A DNA stretch of 64,000 nt from a virus. Shown piece after piece: positions 1 through 9,964 of the stretch. Position 1 is the first letter of the stretch, and the number at the start of each line of letters is the position of its first letter. Both the position numbers and the translations under genes were made by a program. A model generated the notes under the pieces. The model was not told the DNA's origin, made no database searches, and was given only the letters and a program-made list of their open reading frames with translations. The stretch covers positions 21,059-85,058 of IMG/VR virus record IMGVR_UViG_3300020200_000014. The stretch is one strand, 5' to 3'.

Positions 1-483
1 TTTACTAGCTTGTGGAGCATTAATTTTTTGATTTGGCCTTGGGTTAATCCCAGGAGGCAAACCAGGATTAGAAACAGGATTAGGATTTTGTGGCTGTAAG
101 TTTTGTGTTGAAGGGTCAATTGCTACTGGAGGTCCATTTTCAGTTTCAGCTTGCCTTTGCATTTCTTCAATTAATGCCTTAGCTAAAGCTCGCATTCTAT
201 CATCTTGATTGTCAGAAGACTGAGGTATTACAGGACTTGCAGCAACATTATGAACAGGTGTTGCTGAAGCTGCTGCGGGCATTACTGGAACTGCACATGG
301 GGGTTGATACTGAAAAGTATAGGCTGGAACTATTACCGGAACAGCAACTTCTCTTACAACTTCTTTAACATAATAGTTATTGTAATAGTTGCCGCTATAA
401 TAATTACCCCTGTAATATCCAGATGCACTAACTAATCCAGCACAAACAAAAAGTCCAAAAATTGATAAAATTAATTTTTTCAT
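1..483 (-). CDS. Secreted Tyr/Pro-rich protein, partial (runs off the window edge)
   Basis: Manual translation from ATG at 483: MKKLILSIFGLFVCAGLLVASGYYRGNYYSGNYYNNYYVKEVVREVAVPV...; signal-peptide-like N-terminus, SD GAGG upstream; not in ORF track. Confidence 0.75.
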   Translation of the reverse strand, partial: MKKLILSIFGLFVCAGLVSASGYYRGNYYSGNYYNNYYVKEVVREVAVPVIVPAYTFQYQPPCAVPVMPAAASATPVHNVAASPVIPQSSDNQDDRMRALAKALIEEMQRQAETENGPPVAIDPSTQNLQPQNPNPVSNPGLPPGINPRPNQKINAPQASK

Positions 484-549
484 TTATTACCTCTTAATTA
501 AAAAAGTAATAATTTAAAAAAAAAATTAATTTATTTTTAGGTTTTTCCG

Positions 550-2193
550 TCATTTCCCCTCAGCGATAATATGCATCATATTTTGATAGCTTTTTTCAAA
601 TTGATCACGCCTTACTGGACGTACTGGTGTTTTAGTTAATCCAAGCAAAACATTATCATTAGACTGTTGAATATAATGATCTAATCTTGACAAAGGTATG
701 CCCAATTCATTAGATACAGTTTCACGATCAAGCAAAATTTCATTATAACTATTCCATATAGCACCAAACTGTCTTGCATTAATTTCGCTTTTTAGTCCAT
801 TTGACCTAGCAACCGCAGCCGCATAAATATTTTGATCTGATACTATTTTTTCATCTAAATCAGTTCCAAATAGGTCTTCGATTCTATATTGATCATCTTT
901 ACTTAACCCAAGCAAAGCAACTGATGATCTGTTTTGCAGCTTTTTAGTTAAAGCTCTAATTTCATCATTAATTGGCCTAATACCGTCTACATGACATATT
1001 ATGCATGAGCGTCCATTTCTAACTACTCGATCCGCAGAATTATTATCTACAGCAATGTCAGGGTTAGCAAAGTCCAGTCTGCTACCTTTTCCATCAGTTA
1101 AAAAATATGCTTGAAGACCATTGGGTAAACTACCAATATCTTCTGTAGCATCAAACTTTTCATGCAAAACATTTTGTACATAATGTCTTTCGTCAACACT
1201 AGTTAAAGAATCATGACTTTGCCAGTAATATCCATCAGTAAAAGTTGGACTTCTAAGTAAAGTTCTATTATTACGTGCAACAATAGAAGTAACAACAACA
1301 CCTTTATATTGTGATCTTGCTTTTACTGCCAAATCTTCATTAGTAAAGACTAGATTTTGGAAGTCTTTAATGTTTTTGCCTAATCCTAGAAATTCATAGT
1401 ATGCTGGGGCAACACTGGCATTTGTAATAAACCAGTCTGCCCTTAGTACAGGAAATTCGCTGTAAGTTTCTTGACAGAGATATTTCCAAGCATTAGGATT
1501 AATCCAAGGAGGATGAGCATATTGTATTTTGCCATTTCTTACTTCTCTTGCTATTAAAACTTTTCTAATATCTGAATCTGTGACCCAAACTTGTTTCCCA
1601 GCATGATCTATAAGCACATATTTGCCAGAAAGTCTAAGTGCTTTATATTCTTGTCCGGCATTAACGTGAGCATATGGGCTACTGGTATTAGGTAAATAAA
1701 CAGCACAATTATCTGTTTGAATTCTGACGGTATCTCCGACAACAATTTTTTCAACAGTAACTTTATCTGGGTCTACAAAGAATCGTTTTTGTATATAGTG
1801 GAAATAAGGTTCCGGTTGGGCTTTTGGGCCACTTCCTTTATATCCTAGATTTTCCCAAGCACTTGTATTCCAGTCATATTGGTCAATGCTTAATCTAATA
1901 ACTGTTTCATCTGAATTACCTACGAACAAAGGTATATACATTTTCTTTCTTCGGCCTAAAGAATTAACCAAGAAAGATACTGTTTGGGCAACTTCTCTGC
2001 GTTTTTCTTTAGGTATATTATAAAGCGAAAGATACCTTATATATTTACGTTCTTGTCTAGGGACGCTTGCTAAATCTTGTGCGGCTAATCTAACAGAACT
2101 ATCTGGCGTGAAACGGGTTATAATAACTTGTTGTGCTGTTAATGGAAGGGCCGCAACTATTAATGTTGATATAATTAAAAGTGTTTTTTTCAT
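550..2193 (-). CDS. Secreted protein with CxxCH putative heme-c motif and SH3b-like insert
   Basis: Start reassigned to MKKTLLIISTLIVAALPLTAQ (signal peptide) because the track start lies in a terminator; LPNGLQAYFL...VRNGRSCIICH motif. Confidence 0.65.
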   Translation of the reverse strand: MKKTLLIISTLIVAALPLTAQQVIITRFTPDSSVRLAAQDLASVPRQERKYIRYLSLYNIPKEKRREVAQTVSFLVNSLGRRKKMYIPLFVGNSDETVIRLSIDQYDWNTSAWENLGYKGSGPKAQPEPYFHYIQKRFFVDPDKVTVEKIVVGDTVRIQTDNCAVYLPNTSSPYAHVNAGQEYKALRLSGKYVLIDHAGKQVWVTDSDIRKVLIAREVRNGKIQYAHPPWINPNAWKYLCQETYSEFPVLRADWFITNASVAPAYYEFLGLGKNIKDFQNLVFTNEDLAVKARSQYKGVVVTSIVARNNRTLLRSPTFTDGYYWQSHDSLTSVDERHYVQNVLHEKFDATEDIGSLPNGLQAYFLTDGKGSRLDFANPDIAVDNNSADRVVRNGRSCIICHVDGIRPINDEIRALTKKLQNRSSVALLGLSKDDQYRIEDLFGTDLDEKIVSDQNIYAAAVARSNGLKSEINARQFGAIWNSYNEILLDRETVSNELGIPLSRLDHYIQQSNDNVLLGLTKTPVRPVRRDQFEKSYQNMMHIIAEGK

Positions 2194-2226
2194 TATAGAT
2201 TCTCTGATTACATTAATTATATCAAA

Positions 2227-2273
2227 TAAAAAAACCATATCAATAGGAATTTTTAATTTTCCTATTAATATGG
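2227..2273 (-). terminator. Intrinsic terminator
   Basis: Inverted repeat ccatatcaataggaa / ttcctattaatatgg followed by a T-run on the minus strand. Confidence 0.7.
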
Positions 2274-2305
2274 TCAGCTAAATGGATATTAGCCTAAGGT
2301 TGAGT

Positions 2306-2710
2306 TTACTTTTTAATCATATTCATAATCCATTGAGAAATAAGAGCAACCAATTGTGGCCCAAATTTCTCAACAAGAATTGGCAGATATTTCTCAAGAA
2401 TAAGTGGCAGGTAATTATTGATTAAAGCGTCAATAAATGAAGAGTCCATACCACGGAAGGTTTGTTCTGGTACGCCAGCTACTGCCATCATCTTCTTCTG
2501 GTTAAGCCAATCGACCAAAAGCTGAAGCAAGAATGGACCAAACTTATCTACCATTTCAGTAATAAATTGTATTGTAATTCCATGACGTGCAGCTTCAATT
2601 AAAAGGGCAAGCACATCAGACCCCCATTTTTCTAATACGTCTGCAATCCAATTGGTGTCAAAGCCGAATTCAGCAGCCGAAGCTTTCATTGTTTCAATAT
2701 CGTTAGCCAT
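2306..2710 (-). CDS. Small amphipathic helical-repeat protein (EKWG/DKFGP/EKYLP/EKFGP repeats)
   Basis: ORF with SD GGGG; internal repeats; hydrophobic helices. Confidence 0.6.
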   Translation of the reverse strand: MANDIETMKASAAEFGFDTNWIADVLEKWGSDVLALLIEAARHGITIQFITEMVDKFGPFLLQLLVDWLNQKKMMAVAGVPEQTFRGMDSSFIDALINNYLPLILEKYLPILVEKFGPQLVALISQWIMNMIKK

Positions 2711-2739
2711 AAATCCCCCTTTGTTTTTATTTAAACTTA

Positions 2740-3570
2740 TTAAGCCACTTTTGCTACAGGAACATCATCTTCAGATGTTTTATCTAATGGATCGTCAATT
2801 AATGTTTGAATAGCAAAAGCATCAGGACGCATAAATTGAAAATGCCCTTTATGAATATAACAATACCCCTTCATGCCAAAGCGAATTGACCAACTATTCA
2901 AAATCTTAATTAACCACCCATATTTTTGTGATTTCTTAAGCCCCACGCCTAAAATGGCATGACCACCCCCTCCTCTGTTTGGCAATGGGGCTACACCATC
3001 ACTGTCAAGTTGTGGGAAATTAGACCCTACTAAAATTCCCAATGGACAAACAAAACCTAACGAGATGGCGGAACAAATTTCCTCAAAAGTAGCACAACGA
3101 AATGCCTTTTCTAATCTAAATCTCTTGGCATTTTCGAAAGCTTGTGGAGGAAATTGATTTTGATACATTAAACCAGCAGGTAAGAATTCTTTGGGGCAAG
3201 CGCCAGAAGCCATTAATTCGCTTAATGTTTGTGAAATCATAGCCCCAGCATCTTTTCCACCATTAATTAATCCATATGTAAAAAATGGATTAAATTCAGT
3301 AAGTGGTTTGCCTGTTTTAAGAGTACAAACATGCATTCCGCCATTTGAAGCAAAAGCAGTACAAGCGCTGGTAGCTTTTTGATCTAATACAGGCGGATTT
3401 AACCAACTCATATCTATTTCTTGCCATTCTGCTGCTGCTAATCCCATTTGATCCCCGAACATAGGGAAACCAAATAGAGATTCATCACTAGATGGAATAC
3501 AACCTAATACTCTGTATTCGCCGTCAAATTTTATAGCTGGCAGATTACTTATAGATAATTTTCCTATCAT
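2740..3570 (-). CDS. Papain-like cysteine peptidase (family C1)
   Basis: QxxxxxCxAF (LDQKATSACTAF), GGHAI and NSW catalytic motifs. Confidence 0.9.
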   Translation of the reverse strand: MIGKLSISNLPAIKFDGEYRVLGCIPSSDESLFGFPMFGDQMGLAAAEWQEIDMSWLNPPVLDQKATSACTAFASNGGMHVCTLKTGKPLTEFNPFFTYGLINGGKDAGAMISQTLSELMASGACPKEFLPAGLMYQNQFPPQAFENAKRFRLEKAFRCATFEEICSAISLGFVCPLGILVGSNFPQLDSDGVAPLPNRGGGGHAILGVGLKKSQKYGWLIKILNSWSIRFGMKGYCYIHKGHFQFMRPDAFAIQTLIDDPLDKTSEDDVPVAKVA

Positions 3571-4322
3571 TTCTTAGCTCCTCCGGTTGCTGCATTTATA
3601 ATAGCAATAGCTTCTGTATCAGTTCTTGGTGCAGTTTGAGCAGCTACTATGGTTCCGTCATTTCTTTGGATAACCATAATTGCGTTTCCACCAATGCGTT
3701 GCACTACACCTTGTAAATTCTTTTGTTGGACAATTGGAGATTTCATATCATATAATCTAAAAAAGTTGCCTTTAGATGTAATAGCTTTCCTTAAGTTCTC
3801 TGAATTAAGTAAAGTTGCAAGTTCTGGAGTTGTATTATTCATATCTACTAAAAAAGTAATATGATAGGTGCCAGTTGGTTGAGGATTTGGTGTAGGAGTT
3901 GGTGTAGGAGTTGGGGTTGGGTTGGGTGTTGGATTATTGCCTTGGCTAATGTTTATATTAGTCATGGCAAAATCTGTTAATTTTCCATCAACAACACCAA
4001 CTGCAAATACTGTAACTAAGTCTGTGTTATTAGGTATTGAAACAATTAAAGAGTTGCTTTGTGGGACTACGAAATATTTAACTTTTGCATTTGAAATTAC
4101 AAGCCATTTGACTTCGCCTTTGCATTTAGCTTGAATATTTACAAATCCTTCATCGCTGTTAACGGTTTGATCATCTGGAAGTTCTAATCCAGCAACTTTA
4201 TTTCCTTTAGCTTTAACTACTTCTGCTTCTTTGGTTTCTTGTTTCTCGACAGTTGGTTGCTGTGAAATAGCCAAACCTGCTAATGCGAATACCATTAAAA
4301 GGGAAAATATTACTTTTTTCAT
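3567..4322 (-). CDS. Secreted protein with Pro-Thr linker
   Basis: Signal peptide; PTPNPTPTPTPTPTPNPQPT linker between two domains; overlaps the peptidase start by 4 nt. Confidence 0.75.
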   Translation of the reverse strand: MKKVIFSLLMVFALAGLAISQQPTVEKQETKEAEVVKAKGNKVAGLELPDDQTVNSDEGFVNIQAKCKGEVKWLVISNAKVKYFVVPQSNSLIVSIPNNTDLVTVFAVGVVDGKLTDFAMTNINISQGNNPTPNPTPTPTPTPTPNPQPTGTYHITFLVDMNNTTPELATLLNSENLRKAITSKGNFFRLYDMKSPIVQQKNLQGVVQRIGGNAIMVIQRNDGTIVAAQTAPRTDTEAIAIINAATGGAKK

Positions 4323-4394
4323 GTTAAACTCCTAAATTTGCAAATTAAATAAGTATGCATTTTTATTTTTTAAAAAAATTTCTAAATAAATATA

Positions 4395-4556
4395 ATGGAA
4401 TTTTTACTTGGCTTGCTTATAGGATTTATTTTAGGGGTATTTTTCATTCTTTGCTTTACTGATATATTAGCTAACAAAGTGGCCAGAAAAATAGTTCGTG
4501 TCGATGATGAAGATGAAGGCGATTGGCTTACTGATCCCGATTTCTGGAAAAAATGA
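4395..4556 (+). CDS. Small single-TM membrane protein (53 aa)
   Basis: MEFLLGLLIGFILGVFFILCFTD...DWLTDPDFWKK; preceded by ATAAATA; not in ORF track. Confidence 0.6.
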   Translation: MEFLLGLLIGFILGVFFILCFTDILANKVARKIVRVDDEDEGDWLTDPDFWKK

Positions 4557-4557
4557 A

Positions 4558-4586
4558 TTGACAAGTTAATTTGGTTTCAGTAAAGT
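4558..4586 (+). promoter_or_regulatory. sigma70-type promoter
   Basis: TTGACA-17bp-TAAAGT. Confidence 0.5.
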
Positions 4587-4854
4587 GCTTTTTATGAACA
4601 ATTTATATATAAGGGCAAAACTTGCTGAGTTGGGAGTGGAAAAGACACCTGATGAAGCTCAAGAAATAACAAATCTATTTGAAAAAATAATTGATGATTT
4701 AACATTCAAGAAATTCAATTTGTATAGAAATATTACGCCGGAAAGATTGATTTCTTTGGCAAAAAGAAATAAAATGAGTGTGACTGAAACCAGAGATGCG
4801 ATTGAAATATTGGTGACTTTAGGAAATAAAAAATTTAGCAATGGGGACATTTAA
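4585..4854 (+). CDS. Hypothetical protein
   Basis: ORF track; probable start ATG 4594. Confidence 0.55.
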   Translation: MLFMNNLYIRAKLAELGVEKTPDEAQEITNLFEKIIDDLTFKKFNLYRNITPERLISLAKRNKMSVTETRDAIEILVTLGNKKFSNGDI

Positions 4855-4924
4855 TGGACCCAGAAGCTGTGGTTATTGCCATTTATTCATTTTTTAGCGG
4901 AATTATTGTTGGTGCTTTCCTGAT

Positions 4925-5407
4925 GTGGATTTCGAGATAATTTCGGACGAATCTAATTTTGTTACGTTACAAGAAGTTATGAACAAATTACATCAAATGG
5001 TTGTGAGCATCTTAGGGCAAAGAGCAATAGATCATGCCCAAAAACGAGAGGCAATTGTAAATTCGGAAAAGAATTCAGCCCCTAGACCTGGCTTTATGTA
5101 TTTTTCGTCTTCTTTTAAATATGTTGGCAAGTTAATTCTCAAAAAAGAAAAAAGTAATTTTTTTGTAGTGCCTGTTTGGGATCGACCCGCCATTGAATAT
5201 CAGTACCCAAAAATCTACAAAAGAGATTTCGCACTTTTGTTTCCTTTTAAATTAATAGGGTGGGGAGAGCCAATTATAAATTTAAATCAAGGAAAATGGT
5301 TGGACGAAGAGAAGGTAAAAGCATGGAAGTTAGTAGAGATATTAGATAATTGGAAACTTAAAGCAATTCTTAAAAAAATTGATTTAGTTTGCGGAGTTTA
5401 CAATTAA
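4925..5407 (+). CDS. Hypothetical protein
   Basis: ORF track. Confidence 0.55.
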   Translation: MDFEIISDESNFVTLQEVMNKLHQMVVSILGQRAIDHAQKREAIVNSEKNSAPRPGFMYFSSSFKYVGKLILKKEKSNFFVVPVWDRPAIEYQYPKIYKRDFALLFPFKLIGWGEPIINLNQGKWLDEEKVKAWKLVEILDNWKLKAILKKIDLVCGVYN

Positions 5408-5490
5408 CAAGATAGAAATTGATTTTTATAAATTTTAGGGTAAAATGAATTTATCATAAAGTGCCGTTTTATTCTTAAAGGAGTAGAAGG

Positions 5491-5709
5491 ATGCACATTA
5501 AACAAGCTAAAATAGCCAAAGATAAACTAATTAAATCAATGAATAATGATGAATTTAAAGATTGCCATCCTTTCAGCGCCTCAATAGTATTTCATGAAAA
5601 AAAATTAGCATTACAACTTATTTTGGGCAAACCTGGCAAAAATAGAATTTGGCTAAATGAATATGAAGGTTTTCCTTTATTGGTCAAAGTAAAGGAATGC
5701 TCATATTAG
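5491..5709 (+). CDS. Hypothetical protein
   Basis: ORF with SD AAGGAG. Confidence 0.55.
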   Translation: MHIKQAKIAKDKLIKSMNNDEFKDCHPFSASIVFHEKKLALQLILGKPGKNRIWLNEYEGFPLLVKVKECSY

Positions 5710-6367
5710 CTGCCATTCTTATTTTTTGAGCATCAGCATTAGAACAAACGCTAGGTTCAGATGGACCATTTAAATGTTGCATATGATGTCTAGAATCATC
5801 CATTATTCTTAAATGCCTTAACTCTATAGGTATTTTTTTTATTCTTCCAGCTTTTTCGTACACTTCGCAAATATATCTGTCTGCGCCCCAAGCTGGAAAA
5901 TAAGGGGGCATTGTCCAACCTAATTTTCTAGCTCCTTTTTTACCTATAATTGGAAATTCGCAATAGCTCTTTTGCCTGCATCTGTCCCTCGGCGAATGCG
6001 GCATTGTTCTCATATTGTCGATAGTAAATCCCAATCCTATTCCGTGAAATGATTTTAGTTCTTCGCTTGCTATTGTATCCCAATTGTGCGTTAATATGTG
6101 GCTGTCATCGTTACAAATAAACAACCATTCTCCTTTTGCTTGTTGTGTAGCAAAATTATAATATTCAGACATTTTATTAAATCTTTTACTAATTAAAAGA
6201 CGATGCCAAGAATAAGAAGGAATTTCTGAATAAATTGCATCTTCATCCATAATAGATAGAACTTCAATTGAATCAAGGTCATAGGTGCGTGTAGCAAAAT
6301 GTTGGATAAAAGTCTGGAAAATAGCAGGACGAAAACGGGTAGGACAGATTATACTAAATTTAATCAT
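5684..6367 (-). CDS. Glycosyltransferase family 2-like
   Basis: FSIICPTR N-terminus, YYNFA..AKGEWLFICNDD (DxD-like), W.AD motif. Confidence 0.8.
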   Translation of the reverse strand: MIKFSIICPTRFRPAIFQTFIQHFATRTYDLDSIEVLSIMDEDAIYSEIPSYSWHRLLISKRFNKMSEYYNFATQQAKGEWLFICNDDSHILTHNWDTIASEELKSFHGIGLGFTIDNMRTMPHSPRDRCRQKSYCEFPIIGKKGARKLGWTMPPYFPAWGADRYICEVYEKAGRIKKIPIELRHLRIMDDSRHHMQHLNGPSEPSVCSNADAQKIRMAANMSIPLL

Positions 6368-6375
6368 AATAATTA

Positions 6376-7301
6376 CTAATAGTTTGCATACTTCGGTTCA
6401 TCAATCATATCAACTAATTTTTTGAGTTCATTGATTCCATATTCAATATCATATAAACATATAAATCCTGTTTTGTAAAATTTTTCACTGCTTATACGAT
6501 AATCTCTTTTGTCCTCATCTTTAGTATATTCTGCTTTAATTATTTCTAAAGGTATAATTGATTTAATTTTTTCTACTAAATCCAGCTTTGAACAATTAAG
6601 AAAATCATTTCCAACATTGAATACTTCATCGATTGTTTTATTTGAATCTATCACATGAACAAATGCTCTACAAATATCTTGTATGTGTATATAATTTCTA
6701 ATAGCATGACTTTCATACAATACAATTACTTTTTCTTTTATTGCCTTTAAAACAAGATTATTAATTAGCAAATCAAACCGTGGCCTTTTTGAAATACCAA
6801 AAACAGTTGCAAGTCTCAGAATAGTGTAATTTTCAGATTGTTTAATTTCTTCTTCTGCTTCACACTTTGTTTTACCGTATATGGAGATAGGCAACAAAAC
6901 AGATTCTTCTGTTATAATTTCTTTATTGTCTGTAATGCCATATCCACTATTCGTATTTGGATATAATATTCTTTGATGTTTTGATCTTATATCGTTTATA
7001 AATTTTACGTGTCTATAATTTATAAGATAGCTATCTGTTGGATTACATTTACATAGATTAGCCCCAACTAATGCTGCAAGTGGTATTATAATATCATATT
7101 TTGGAACTAATTGTTTTAATAGCTCATCATCTCTAACATCTCCCTTAATAAATGTGAATTTTGAATTTGATATATAAGAAACAAGACTGATTCTTTCATA
7201 CAATAAATTATCAATAACCGTAACTTCATGATCTTGCAATAAATGTGCAATTAATTCTGAACCGATATATCCAGCTTTCCTCCAGTCACTAAAATATTCA
7301 T
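6376..7301 (-). CDS. NAD-dependent epimerase/dehydratase with a frameshift in the TGGAGYIG loop
   Basis: SD AAGGAG + ATG 7301 gives MNILVTGG; after 2 extra nt at 7276-7278 the other frame continues AGYIGSELIAHLLQDHEV...; YxxxK (YGKTK) present. Confidence 0.8.
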
Positions 7302-7323
7302 ATAAACCTTACTCCTTTACATA

Positions 7324-8457
7324 ATGAAAAAAGCGTGGGGGTATTGGAACTCCGAAAATAATATAGTATCAGAACTTAAAAAAATAACAAAAAATTTAGG
7401 GCATTTCCCTACCTGCACTGAATTACCAGGAGGATTATGGGGTGCGATAAAAAAAACCAAAAAATCAATTTTTTATTATGGAAAGTTATTGGGATGGGAA
7501 AATAAGACTAAACCAAAAAAATATTGGCAGTTCTGGGAAAATATAAGCTATGAAATTAAAAAATTAATAGTATTAAATAATGGAGTTTTCCCAAAACTAA
7601 CACAAATAGAAGAACATCTAGGTTCAGGTGGAAAATTAGCTGTTCGTAGAAATGGGGGCATTCGTAATGTAGCAGAAAAAATGGGATATAATTATATACC
7701 AACAGGAAACTGTATAAAGGTATCAGACGGCCATGTAGTTTTAAGTTATAATGAATTGATCGTGGATGAATTTTTATATTCTAGGGATATATCGCATGAA
7801 GTAAATGGGTACATACACAAAGGATTACCATATCGTTTTGATTTTAAAATAAATGATTTTTACATTGAATTGTGGGGGTACGAAAAAAACAGAAAAACCC
7901 CTCGATGTGATAAGTATAACAAACGTCGCCAAAAAAAAGAAAAACTATATAAAGAATTAGATTTAAAATTAATTAACATAGAAAGTGGCGTTTTTAAAAA
8001 GCCAATTAATTCAATCATAGCTTGTCTCACCAAGATGTGCGAAACTATGAATTTAAATACCAAAGAAATAAGACCAATTAATTTAACTAATTATATAGCC
8101 AATTCTAAATATTGGACATACGATAAAATTTTATATAATCTAAGAAATTTTATCACAAGTTTAGGAAGATTCCCAAAACAAAAAGATTTTATAGAAAATA
8201 AACTAGGTGGTTTAATAGATGCGATAAGTCGAAATGGCGGATTAATATATTTTGCCAATATTTTAGGATATAATTTCAGATATAAAATAAAATGGGACAT
8301 TAATAAAATAACAACTAAATTAAAAGATATTATAAATAAATTAGGGTATTTTCCTAAATTCAAAGAATTAGCAAATATGGGAGAAAGCAGATTATATCAA
8401 GCAATGAATAAATACGGAACAAAAGAATATTTTAAGCAAGTTGCAATGTCTAATTAA
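7324..8457 (+). CDS. Free-standing PD-(D/E)xK-type endonuclease with helical repeats
   Basis: DGH..LSYNELIVDEFL...FDFKINDFYIELWG core; repeated W...I...L...LG.FP units. Confidence 0.65.
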   Translation: MKKAWGYWNSENNIVSELKKITKNLGHFPTCTELPGGLWGAIKKTKKSIFYYGKLLGWENKTKPKKYWQFWENISYEIKKLIVLNNGVFPKLTQIEEHLGSGGKLAVRRNGGIRNVAEKMGYNYIPTGNCIKVSDGHVVLSYNELIVDEFLYSRDISHEVNGYIHKGLPYRFDFKINDFYIELWGYEKNRKTPRCDKYNKRRQKKEKLYKELDLKLINIESGVFKKPINSIIACLTKMCETMNLNTKEIRPINLTNYIANSKYWTYDKILYNLRNFITSLGRFPKQKDFIENKLGGLIDAISRNGGLIYFANILGYNFRYKIKWDINKITTKLKDIINKLGYFPKFKELANMGESRLYQAMNKYGTKEYFKQVAMSN

Positions 8458-8486
8458 AACCTACAAAATGATAAATACACCTGTAT

Positions 8487-9386
8487 ATGCAAACTACTAA
8501 AGTCTTAATTTTTGGCAAAGGATTATTAGCTACTGCGATTCTTAAACTAAATGATTATTTTTTTGCTGATCTAGACCTCACGTATGCCAGTAATACAAAT
8601 GATTTCATAAAAAAACTTTCTCCAGACATAATTATAAATTGTGCGGCTTTAGTAGGTGGCGTTAAGTTAAACTCAGAAAATCAAGAAGAAATGTTTTATG
8701 TTAACAATGTCATTAGTTCAAATGTCATTCACGCTGCTGTAAAAAATAACATTAAAAAAATAATTGCTTTTGGGTCCACTTGTTCTTTCGATGAATCTTT
8801 GGAAGAATTAAATGAAAACAATATTCAATTTGGATTACCTTATTTTAAAAACTATGGCTATGGTTATGCCAAAAGAATGACAGAAATTCATTTAAAGACA
8901 GCTAAAGAACAATATGGGCTAAAATACAATTACTACATTCCCTGCACTCTTTACGGCCCTAATGATAACTTCAACTTGGATAGATGTCATGTAATTCCAG
9001 CATTAATTCATAAGTGCTTTTTAGCCAAAAAAGAAGATAAACCGTTAATAGTTTTTGGAGATAAAAATGTAAAAAGAGAAGTTATGTTCTCTGAGGATTT
9101 CGCTCAAATTATAACAAATACTATAAATGAAGATTTAGAAGCTGTAATGGTTTCTGTAGGTCAAGAAGTTTCTGTAGAAGAATTAGTTTTTTTAATAACT
9201 GATAATTTTAAGTTTACAGGGAAAATTATTTGGGAATCCAGTATCCTGCCAGGTCAATTAAAAAGACCTGTTGCAAATGTAAATAAAATAAAACCTTATA
9301 TTAATTTTAAAATAACTAAATTAGAAGAAGGAATTAAAAAAACAATTAATTGGTTCGAAAATAACTACCCTGGTATAAGAAAATGA
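8487..9386 (+). CDS. fcl: GDP-L-fucose synthase-like SDR
   Basis: CAALVGGV, GSTC, YGYAKR, LYGPNDNF..CHVIPALIHK motifs. Confidence 0.85.
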   Translation: MQTTKVLIFGKGLLATAILKLNDYFFADLDLTYASNTNDFIKKLSPDIIINCAALVGGVKLNSENQEEMFYVNNVISSNVIHAAVKNNIKKIIAFGSTCSFDESLEELNENNIQFGLPYFKNYGYGYAKRMTEIHLKTAKEQYGLKYNYYIPCTLYGPNDNFNLDRCHVIPALIHKCFLAKKEDKPLIVFGDKNVKREVMFSEDFAQIITNTINEDLEAVMVSVGQEVSVEELVFLITDNFKFTGKIIWESSILPGQLKRPVANVNKIKPYINFKITKLEEGIKKTINWFENNYPGIRK

Positions 9387-9964
9387 TAAAAGAAGACCTT
9401 GTAGCTTTTGAAGAAGATATAAAAGATTGTTACTCAAAAGGATTAATAAAATATCCAATTCATTTAAGAGGAGGATGTGAGGATCATTTAATAGAAATAT
9501 TTAAGAACATTAAAGAAGAAGATTATGTTTTAAGTACATGGGCATCTCATTTACACGCTCTTTTAAAAGGAATTCCTGCCGACAAAGTAAAACAAAGAAT
9601 ATTAGATGGTTTAAGTATATCATTATGTTTTCCTGAACACAGATTTTTTGCTAGTGGTATAGTTGGCAATTTAATAGGAGTTGCTGTAGGGATTGCTCAG
9701 TCCAGTAAACAACGTGTTTTTGTGTTTTTAGGTGATATGGCAATTATGTCTGGAATAGCACACGAAGCTATGAAATACAGTAAAAATTTTGATTTGCCTA
9801 TTTATTGGATTTGTGAGGATAATGGGGTTAGTGTTTTAACTGATACTAAAAAAACTTGGGGGTGTGAAAAACTTCAGTTAGATTGGGATCATCCTAAGTT
9901 AATTTATTATAATTACATCAATAAATATCCTCACAGTGGAACAGGAGCTAAAGTTGCTTTCTAA
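9383..9964 (+). CDS. TPP-dependent dehydrogenase E1 alpha-like subunit
   Basis: IHLRGG, STWASHLHAL, SGIVG, GD...CEDN TPP-binding motif. Confidence 0.85.
   Translation: MIKEDLVAFEEDIKDCYSKGLIKYPIHLRGGCEDHLIEIFKNIKEEDYVLSTWASHLHALLKGIPADKVKQRILDGLSISLCFPEHRFFASGIVGNLIGVAVGIAQSSKQRVFVFLGDMAIMSGIAHEAMKYSKNFDLPIYWICEDNGVSVLTDTKKTWGCEKLQLDWDHPKLIYYNYINKYPHSGTGAKVAF

Noticed and set aside
3886-3932. Short tandem DNA repeats as a regulatory or contingency locus
   Set aside because: Explained by the Pro-Thr linker coding sequence
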